The position numbers were made by a program, and so were the translations under genes. From positions 3,993 to 67,992 of IMG/VR virus record IMGVR_UViG_3300009982_000006: 64,000 bases of DNA. One strand, written 5' to 3'. The stretch is from a virus (taxonomy: Duplodnaviria > Caudoviricetes). The first letter of the stretch is position 1; every line of letters starts with the position of its first letter. This document shows, piece after piece, positions 57,740 to 64,000 of this stretch. The notes under the pieces are model-generated. The model worked only from the letters and a program-made list of their open reading frames with translations. It did no database searches and was not told where the DNA came from.

Positions 57740-58514
57740 CATGTCAATAGCAACTAAATGTACGTGCGGCCACTCGTTAACCGGCATATGCACAAGTTCA
57801 GTAAAAGAATGTAAATTATTACGTCGAACCCCCACTAACATGGAAAAGAAAGAGATACAGGAACAAATAGACGCAAACCAATTAGCAGGCATGTCACTTG
57901 AAGAAGCTATTTATCAGGCAGGGTATGCTCACGGAGTAGAATATCAAATTAAGAAAAAAGAGGCACAAGGTTTGGGGTTGATAAGGGAAAAGAAAGAGCT
58001 GCCGTTAGAGGTGGTAATACCCGCCGATAAGGTTGTCTTCATGAAGGAATCAATTACAAAGCTACGCGCCTTAAACCATAGCGATTACAAAGATGGTGAA
58101 TTTGGTTCTTATAACTATAAGAACGAAGGTCGATATAAGGCGTTTGAAGAAGTGCTTCAATGGGCAAATCCACTGAAATTCTATGAAGAAGAAAAATCAA
58201 TCATAATGGATGAAATGACGATTTTGTCAAAAGAACTTCAAGAGAAGGATGCCAAACTTCACCAGGCAGAGGAGAAGATAAAAGAATTGGAACGATGGAA
58301 ATCGGAAGCAAACGCTATCTTAAATCCAATATGGAAGTACACTGATACCTTGAAAGTGCCATTAGGAGCAAGTAAGACGGATGCGGTTATAACATACGCG
58401 AAACGTGCGAAAGATCTACTCAGCGAAGTATTGTTGGGTCGGTTTGGTGCAACGCTAGAGTTTCACAATAATGAATGTTATAATAATATTAAAACATTTT
58501 TATATGGAGAGTAA
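57717..58514 (+). CDS. Mosaic coiled-coil hypothetical protein with nested starts
   Basis: In-frame ATGs at 57741 and 57840, each at the end of the same 16-bp repeat. Confidence 0.55.
   Translation: MNSLTPTNMSIATKCTCGHSLTGICTSSVKECKLLRRTPTNMEKKEIQEQIDANQLAGMSLEEAIYQAGYAHGVEYQIKKKEAQGLGLIREKKELPLEVVIPADKVVFMKESITKLRALNHSDYKDGEFGSYNYKNEGRYKAFEEVLQWANPLKFYEEEKSIIMDEMTILSKELQEKDAKLHQAEEKIKELERWKSEANAILNPIWKYTDTLKVPLGASKTDAVITYAKRAKDLLSEVLLGRFGATLEFHNNECYNNIKTFLYGE
57728..57842 (+). repeat. 16-bp direct repeat AACCCCCACTAACATG, two copies 99 bp apart
   Basis: Copies at 57728-57743 and 57827-57842. Confidence 0.8.
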
Positions 58515-58965
58515 ACGACTGCAATTTATACGCAAACAAGCGAGTGATACATTAGAACTAACGAAAGGGTTTACGCCAGAGCAACGGGCAACTTTCAGTA
58601 ACGAATTAAAAGCGGCTGAAGAACTTGCCGGTTATATTTTGGAATTAACTAACGCCCATACCGGCGCAGTGTGGGTGAAGGCGAGTGAGCGGTTGCCAGA
58701 TAGTTGGTTATTAAAATGTGTAAGATTTATTCACACTAAGCAAACGTTAATCGACCCTGAAAGATGGTTAAGCGAAAATAAGTCAGCGATTGAAGTTGTC
58801 GAATGGCTCGACGAATCCGCAGGGGAATGCGACGCGGTGGAGCTAATACAGTACATCAGGGAGAACTACAAGCCTAGTAAAGAGGTTTGGAAGGATAAGT
58901 TTGGTATTGCGTTACTGTCAGACGAAGGCGTTTTAAGTATGTATAAACAACAAAAGGAGAAGTGA
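58504..58965 (+). CDS. Hypothetical protein (WVKASERLP motif)
   Basis: Start moved to ATG 58504. Confidence 0.6.
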   Translation: MESKRLQFIRKQASDTLELTKGFTPEQRATFSNELKAAEELAGYILELTNAHTGAVWVKASERLPDSWLLKCVRFIHTKQTLIDPERWLSENKSAIEVVEWLDESAGECDAVELIQYIRENYKPSKEVWKDKFGIALLSDEGVLSMYKQQKEK

Positions 58966-59165
58966 TGAGGAATAATAAATTAGAAATAGCCTTGATCGAG
59001 ACCGGTAAAGAGGCTGAGAAGGTGGGGATCCCGTCTGTTGCCGATTTAGATGAACAGTACCAGGCGTTACATAATGCGATACTATCCGATGATTTGAAGG
59101 CAATTAGGCAACATGGGAGGGCACTGGGAGCGATGGTAGTAAAAATAATCGTGGAAAGGTGTTAA
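58962..59165 (+). CDS. Small hypothetical protein
   Basis: Last gene of the + strand array. Confidence 0.6.
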   Translation: MMRNNKLEIALIETGKEAEKVGIPSVADLDEQYQALHNAILSDDLKAIRQHGRALGAMVVKIIVERC

Positions 59166-59194
59166 ATGACCCAATCAAAAAAAGATATTGAATA

Positions 59195-59222
59195 GTAAAA
59201 GACCATGATCATGGTCTTTTAC
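59195..59222. terminator. Perfect 28-bp palindrome, probably a bidirectional terminator
   Basis: GTAAAAGACCATGA|TCATGGTCTTTTAC between convergent gene arrays. Confidence 0.65.
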
Positions 59223-59272
59223 ATTGAAAGCAAATCACAGTCCTTTAGATTAAGTTCTATTGGGGCTTTGTT

Positions 59273-59479
59273 TTATTTAGCAAGTTCATCAAGGATATGC
59301 TCAGTCTCATCGTGAGAATAGCATGTACAATTATTTAGACTTAAAATGGTATTTATGTTTGATAACAAAAGCATGTCAGGCCATTTTTCAATATTTTCTG
59401 GCTTTAATTTCGTTTCCCTGCATATATTATTATAAAGTTGTTCATACCCCTTCCTGGAGTGAAATATATTCTGTGGCAT
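59273..59479 (-). CDS. Small hypothetical protein
   Basis: ORF track. Confidence 0.55.
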   Translation of the reverse strand: MPQNIFHSRKGYEQLYNNICRETKLKPENIEKWPDMLLLSNINTILSLNNCTCYSHDETEHILDELAK

Positions 59480-59615
59480 TATAGTCTATTTGTTTAAGGG
59501 TTGTTTTAATGTAGAATGGGTTCATGTTCATCCAGCGCATATGCTTATTGTTTTCGTACCGGAATAATAACTTGCTGAGCTGATGATATACTATATCTCC
59601 TACTTGGATGTTCAT
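59442..59615 (-). CDS. Small hypothetical protein (57 aa), below the ORF-track cutoff
   Basis: MNIQVGDIVYHQLSKLLFRYENNKHMRWMNMNPFY...; start overlaps the upstream stop. Confidence 0.5.
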   Translation of the reverse strand: MNIQVGDIVYHQLSKLLFRYENNKHMRWMNMNPFYIKTTLKQIDYNATEYISLQEGV

Positions 59616-59866
59616 TTATTAATAGATTGAATTGGATTTGAAATAGGTAGTCGATGCAACTTGGCCTTGTCAACTCTTTTCTGCCATTTCTTTATAACTG
59701 ATTCACAACGGGGCCATTTACCATAAAATACATCATACAATTCATGTCCATTAATTAATTGCATGTTTTCGTCATAAATAAGGCAGTAACAATGGTAATT
59801 AGATTTTCTACTTCCAGTTGTAAAAGCAGCCTCGTAAGACCCAATTTTATAATAAGTTGCTTTCAT
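59612..59866 (-). CDS. Small hypothetical protein
   Basis: Start moved to ATG 59866. Confidence 0.55.
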   Translation of the reverse strand: MKATYYKIGSYEAAFTTGSRKSNYHCYCLIYDENMQLINGHELYDVFYGKWPRCESVIKKWQKRVDKAKLHRLPISNPIQSINK

Positions 59867-60179
59867 GTTTAGTTTCTGGTTTACCAAATGATTCCAGTTC
59901 TTTAATTAATTCTAATATCCTTATATGATCTGATTTATGCGCAAGTAATTCAATGTGAAGTGCGTTTTTAAATTCTATCCATTTATCCATAGGGAAGGCT
60001 TCGATCTCTAAGCGGTAATGGCAATCGTTCCCGTTTACTGGATTTTGCCAGCCGAATGATTCTGCAATTAAATCACCCATATCAGCCTGAAGGATGTTCT
60101 TTTTATTTTGAAGCCCCGCTTTATGCCAAGTATCTTCGAAATGATACCTTTCTAATTGAAACTCAGTTATAAATCTCAT
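59847..60179 (-). CDS. Hypothetical protein
   Basis: ORF track. Confidence 0.6.
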   Translation of the reverse strand: MRFITEFQLERYHFEDTWHKAGLQNKKNILQADMGDLIAESFGWQNPVNGNDCHYRLEIEAFPMDKWIEFKNALHIELLAHKSDHIRILELIKELESFGKPETKHESNLL

Positions 60180-60181
60180 AA

Positions 60182-60487
60182 TTAGTTTAGTTTAAGAAGT
60201 TCTTTAAGTTGTTCTTTCGAATAATAAAGTATTTTTCTTTCATATATCTTGTCGGGATCGTATTCGCCTACCAACATGCATTCTAGTTGTGTATCTTCTA
60301 AGGAGTCTTCCGATGCTTGCTCTTTGCCGTCATTAACCATGTATACTTCCCCGTCTATTACTGCATAATAATCCTTACAAGCTGCATACTGTTCTCCAAT
60401 CATTGTTACCCAGATATGTTCATATAGTTTCCCCTCCATTTTAGGGGCAAGCGCTTCTTCAACCCATAATGCTTTACTCCTACTCAT
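60182..60487 (-). CDS. Hypothetical protein
   Basis: ORF track. Confidence 0.6.
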   Translation of the reverse strand: MSRSKALWVEEALAPKMEGKLYEHIWVTMIGEQYAACKDYYAVIDGEVYMVNDGKEQASEDSLEDTQLECMLVGEYDPDKIYERKILYYSKEQLKELLKLN

Positions 60488-60489
60488 AA

Positions 60490-60684
60490 TTAGTTTACTG
60501 TTTTGTTGTTTTCTAATTGTCGTAATCTTAATTGAAATTCGGCCAATTTAGTTAAAATGAACGTTTCGGCCATTTGGGTTTTGGATAGCCTTAAATTTGG
60601 CTCTGATTTTATTCGGTCATATACGTAACTATTTAGCTGGTCAATAATATCAGACATTTCTGCATCCAGCTCTTTATTATTCAT
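60490..60684 (-). CDS. Small hypothetical protein
   Basis: ORF track. Confidence 0.6.
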   Translation of the reverse strand: MNNKELDAEMSDIIDQLNSYVYDRIKSEPNLRLSKTQMAETFILTKLAEFQLRLRQLENNKTVN

Positions 60685-60725
60685 TTTTTAAAATCATTTT
60701 AGTATTATGGTAGTTGTTTAAATAG

Positions 60726-61301
60726 TTAACGGCATTGCGAAGCAAATTCACAAGCGGCATCATATGATCTTTGACATTCAATAGCTCTTAGTTTTGCCAC
60801 ATCAAGGGAAGAACTTATGTCGCTTAATCTAAATTCATCATTTATAACCAGGTTATTTCTTTTAATAAATTCTTTATCAGTTAGCGTTGAGGAGTAAACT
60901 TCTATCTTTTTCACTTCTATCTCCATTGCTTCAAATCGTTTTACCGCTTCATATCTAACGCGAACCATTCTATTGAATCGCTTTTCATGAGTAGGCTTTA
61001 TTATCCATTCCTTTACGACGGCTATTTTATCTCCAATCTTTAAACCCAACGATGCAAGTATTTCTGCTTTTATTGGTTCAAAGGCAGCCTTCTGTGCAGC
61101 TTCACGGTCTTGCATGTCTTTTTGATACGATGGTCGTTTACTACATTCGGTCATGTGCTTACGAAACCCATTTTCAGTTTTCCACGTTTTCTCTGGGTAT
61201 CCAGAATGGGCACTACATTTAAATGGGCATTTATATATCCCGCGTTTAGGCTTCACCAACTTGCCTTCAAATTCTATATCTGGAAGATTTTTATTACTCA
61301 T
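60726..61301 (-). CDS. Hypothetical protein with a C2HC-like Zn finger
   Basis: CPFKC...FRKHMTEC. Confidence 0.6.
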   Translation of the reverse strand: MSNKNLPDIEFEGKLVKPKRGIYKCPFKCSAHSGYPEKTWKTENGFRKHMTECSKRPSYQKDMQDREAAQKAAFEPIKAEILASLGLKIGDKIAVVKEWIIKPTHEKRFNRMVRVRYEAVKRFEAMEIEVKKIEVYSSTLTDKEFIKRNNLVINDEFRLSDISSSLDVAKLRAIECQRSYDAACEFASQCR

Positions 61302-61339
61302 AACATTTGTTTAGAGTTTATCTATTAGTTTAGGTTGGA

Positions 61340-61603
61340 CTATTCAGGATGTTTTTCGCCACAAAAGGGGCAGTATTTATGAATAAGATTGACTGTTTGC
61401 TTTTTAGGCTTCCCAATAGTTCCGTCTTTTTTCTTAGGGGCAAATGTGAACTCGTATTCGCTGTGTGTTGCGCGGTTACTAAATTTATTCCTGATTATCA
61501 GGAAGCTACTTGGGATTATGTTCCCTTTCGTAAACTCTCCTTCTTTCTGTTCTTTTACAGCTTCAAATGTTTTTTCTTCTATTTCTTTAATACAATTGCA
61601 CAT
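61340..61603 (-). CDS. Small Zn-binding protein (MCNC...YCPFCG)
   Basis: Terminal Cys pairs. Confidence 0.65.
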   Translation of the reverse strand: MCNCIKEIEEKTFEAVKEQKEGEFTKGNIIPSSFLIIRNKFSNRATHSEYEFTFAPKKKDGTIGKPKKQTVNLIHKYCPFCGEKHPE

Positions 61604-61610
61604 GTATATT

Positions 61611-61805
61611 CTATTTAGGTTGAGATAATTGTTTGGGCTGGGTTATTTCGTATTCTGCGTCTTTTGCTTGTTGATCTTTTAGGATCTGTAATTGAAACCT
61701 GCAAACTAAATCCCAAACTTCGCCGCCAAGTAAATCGCTTTCGCTGCTCATGACCGCTTTTCTAATATCATCTTCGGTAATTCGTTTTTCTACCTTCATT
61801 TTCAA
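61611..61805 (-). CDS. Small hypothetical protein
   Basis: ORF track. Confidence 0.55.
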   Translation of the reverse strand: MKMKVEKRITEDDIRKAVMSSESDLLGGEVWDLVCRFQLQILKDQQAKDAEYEITQPKQLSQPK

Positions 61806-61817
61806 TATTTTGATTGG

Positions 61818-62033
61818 TTAAAATATGTCAAGCAAAACAGCTATCTCTTTGTTTATGTGCTGCATCATTTCATGACCAGCTGTTACGTTATTTGATTCTA
61901 TTAATCTTCTTGCTAAATGCTTTCTTTCTCTTAGATACGGCATTAATGCAGATAGCGTTTCCAGGAAGTCGCTATGCGCGATATGCTCTATCTTTTCTGA
62001 CATTTCGTATAATTCAGTTGCAGTTTTTGCCAT
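61818..62033 (-). CDS. Small hypothetical protein
   Basis: ORF track. Confidence 0.55.
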   Translation of the reverse strand: MAKTATELYEMSEKIEHIAHSDFLETLSALMPYLRERKHLARRLIESNNVTAGHEMMQHINKEIAVLLDIF

Positions 62034-62057
62034 GTTATTTTTGATTGGTTAATAATG

Positions 62058-62279
62058 TTATTTTGACATAGTTTCTCTTAGCGCCCCTTCAAAATCAGGC
62101 TGAATGGTAAATTCACATGGGCCTATCTTGTAAACAGGGTTACATTTTTCGTCTATTCTTTTTTCAGCAAATAGTAATAGAATTTCCCTTTGCTCTTCTG
62201 TTATACGCAACATTTTTGCAGGCATCTGCTGCCGCTCATCTACATTCCACATAGTTCCGATACAAATGTTATAATTCAT
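62058..62279 (-). CDS. Small hypothetical protein
   Basis: ORF track. Confidence 0.55.
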   Translation of the reverse strand: MNYNICIGTMWNVDERQQMPAKMLRITEEQREILLLFAEKRIDEKCNPVYKIGPCEFTIQPDFEGALRETMSK

Positions 62280-62298
62280 TTAAGTTGATTTAATAATG

Positions 62299-62562
62299 TT
62301 ATTGTTTTAGTTGTTTAATACAGTCATCCAAGGTGGTGCAGTACGCCTTTTCTTGAGTACCATAAAAAACCTTGAAGTAGCCACCCAGGTAATATCTTAT
62401 TTTCCAAAGATTACCAATGTTAAATGGCGTGTATTCAACATATTTGCCTCTGGCTTTTGGGGTTGACGTATCAAAAAATCTAAACCCGGAATTAAATACC
62501 TGAAATCTAAACTCAAAGTCCATCTTCTGGTCTATCCCCATTAGCAACTTATAATAACCCAT
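62299..62562 (-). CDS. Small hypothetical protein
   Basis: ORF track. Confidence 0.55.
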   Translation of the reverse strand: MGYYKLLMGIDQKMDFEFRFQVFNSGFRFFDTSTPKARGKYVEYTPFNIGNLWKIRYYLGGYFKVFYGTQEKAYCTTLDDCIKQLKQ

Positions 62563-62581
62563 TTAAATTGATTTTATATAG

Positions 62582-62881
62582 TTATGGTTCTCTAAACCAG
62601 CTTGTTTCAATATCCAGATCAAGGTTAGGACGGCCAAAGTATTTTTCGCCAATGTGATACAATCTGGTTTGTTCAGCCTCGATTATTTTTGAGGCCCCAT
62701 TAATCCAGATATGAGTGAAGCAGGTTTCATCTAAAAAAGAATCGACTGTCGGGTCTGCGGGACGGCTCATCCCTGGTTGTTTATCAAGCGCCATGCAAAA
62801 TTCTTCAAGAATCTGGCTTGCTTGCGAGTTGAAGTCGCCAATATCCTCAACTTCAATATCTAATTCTTCTATCTTTATCAT
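62582..62881 (-). CDS. Acidic hypothetical protein
   Basis: ORF track. Confidence 0.6.
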   Translation of the reverse strand: MIKIEELDIEVEDIGDFNSQASQILEEFCMALDKQPGMSRPADPTVDSFLDETCFTHIWINGASKIIEAEQTRLYHIGEKYFGRPNLDLDIETSWFREP

Positions 62882-62886
62882 TTGAG

Positions 62887-63147
62887 TTATAGTTTTATTT
62901 CTTTCCCCTTTTTAGTTAAAACAAAATCAAATGGATAATGACTTTGCTGAAGTATTAAAGGTTCGTCTCTGTCCCAAACTTGCTTATCTGTCTGCGTAAG
63001 CGCATACCATACACGCCATTGTATTTTATGGGACTTAAATCCATCGCTTACGAAGTAGTTTCGATCATTATGTGTAATTACTTCGCCCTTTTGTAGCAAG
63101 CGTATGACTTTTGCTTGTGCAGGCGTTAATTTAGTTTTAGATTCCAT
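62887..63147 (-). CDS. Small hypothetical protein (possible wHTH)
   Basis: KLTPAQAKVIRLLQKG; start moved to ATG 63147. Confidence 0.55.
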   Translation of the reverse strand: MESKTKLTPAQAKVIRLLQKGEVITHNDRNYFVSDGFKSHKIQWRVWYALTQTDKQVWDRDEPLILQQSHYPFDFVLTKKGKEIKL

Positions 63148-63355
63148 CTTCGTTCCCTTTAATGTAATCAGGATTTTCATCATCGTATGCTTCTGATTTT
63201 TCGGGTCGCCAAACGGATTTGCCAGCCAATTTATCCAATGCGTCCTCGATCTCGCCTATTTCGGTGTTGTATTTATTGACAATACTATTTCTTTCCATCA
63301 TTAACTGGTGTCTTTTGTTCATCAAGGTGCTTATAACTACTTGATTGTTACTCAT
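63137..63355 (-). CDS. Small coiled-coil hypothetical protein
   Basis: ORF track. Confidence 0.55.
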   Translation of the reverse strand: MSNNQVVISTLMNKRHQLMMERNSIVNKYNTEIGEIEDALDKLAGKSVWRPEKSEAYDDENPDYIKGNEDGI

Positions 63356-63790
63356 TTAAAAGTCTATTTTAGTTTGTTGATAATCTTTAAGTTTGGTTAA
63401 TTCTTTTATCTGCCAAGAGGCTAATTCTTTATTTCGCTCGACTTGCTTCCAGGCTGCATGTAATTCAGAAGAAGACGTTGCAGCTTCAATTAAATCCCTA
63501 AGCTCATTATAGCTTAATATCGGCTTTAAATTAGCGGGATGAAGAGGTTCGTCCCCGGTAAATGATTTAGAAAGTTTTGGGGCGTCATATGGCGTATTAG
63601 CCACCAATTGTTTTATTTTAAGCAAGGTTTCGCTTAACTCATCTTGAACTAAGAGAGCTTTTGAAAGAAGGGATTCTTGTGTTTTTTTATTACTTTTTCT
63701 AAAAAAAGCCGCCCGGCATTTACTGGAGCAAAATTTAGCCGTGGATCTCTTTTCTTCAAATTGAACCTTACAATTTAGGCACTCTATCAT
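63356..63790 (-). CDS. Zn-finger protein (CLNC...FCSSKCR)
   Basis: Treble-clef-like Cys pattern; start moved to ATG 63790. Confidence 0.6.
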   Translation of the reverse strand: MIECLNCKVQFEEKRSTAKFCSSKCRAAFFRKSNKKTQESLLSKALLVQDELSETLLKIKQLVANTPYDAPKLSKSFTGDEPLHPANLKPILSYNELRDLIEAATSSSELHAAWKQVERNKELASWQIKELTKLKDYQQTKIDF

Positions 63791-64000
63791 AGCGTTTATC
63801 GTTTCGAACGCTAAGTACGGTAAAGAGGGCGAATATTCCAAATAAATTCCTTTCAACCTTAATATTTCCCTCTTTAATCACCTTCTCCAAATAAAATATA
63901 TCATATCACATAACACACCCCCGCATTAACCCCCACAGCACAGCCTATTCCCCACCAACCACAACACACAACACATAATCAATTAACAACCAGATCCAAA

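Noticed and set aside
4941-61628. Numerous ORFs antisense to or nested in long genes (e.g. 11422-11772, 11836-12204, 30751-31173, 36764-37213, 51298-51801)
   Set aside because: They shadow well-supported genes on the opposite strand, lack A-rich start regions and show no recognisable motifs
1-64000. tRNA genes, CRISPR arrays, introns/inteins, DGR
   Set aside because: No cloverleaf or T-loop signature in intergenic DNA, no regularly spaced repeats, normal-length TerL and GroEL, and no reverse transcriptase seen by eye; tRNAscan-SE was not run

Overview
The window holds most of a tailed dsDNA bacteriophage genome with a podovirus-type virion module. The host is very likely Bacteroidota, judged from TTTG/TAnnTTTG-type promoters, A-rich start regions without Shine-Dalgarno sites, and ECF sigma factors. 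Layout: (1) 1-4.8 kb, + strand: small early genes ending in an ECF sigma factor. (2) 4.8-44.2 kb, - strand, in transcription order: a seven-gene glycosyltransferase/methyltransferase cluster; GroEL, GroES and a tandem-GroES protein; portal, large terminase, scaffold and major capsid protein; three adaptor/ring-like proteins, nozzle, ejection proteins and a tail fibre carrying an SGNH esterase; and an extended membrane/lysis cassette with endolysin. (3) 44.2-54.7 kb, mostly - strand: nucleotide, replication and regulation genes (MazG-like, SSB, HNH, DnaC-like loader, initiator-like protein, beta-clamp, Fis-, DnaA-C- and wHTH-type regulators, a second ECF sigma). (4) 54.7-64 kb: an XRE regulator and two converging arrays of small genes. 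I found no integrase, DNA polymerase, RNA polymerase, tRNA, CRISPR array or reverse transcriptase. All functional calls come from motifs recognised by eye; no database search was run. The strongest leads are a soluble glycosylation pathway co-oriented with the virion genes, a pseudoknotted RNA element inside the lysis cassette, a three-part chaperonin set, a 15-bp operator shared by two promoters, and an oop-like antisense sRNA candidate.
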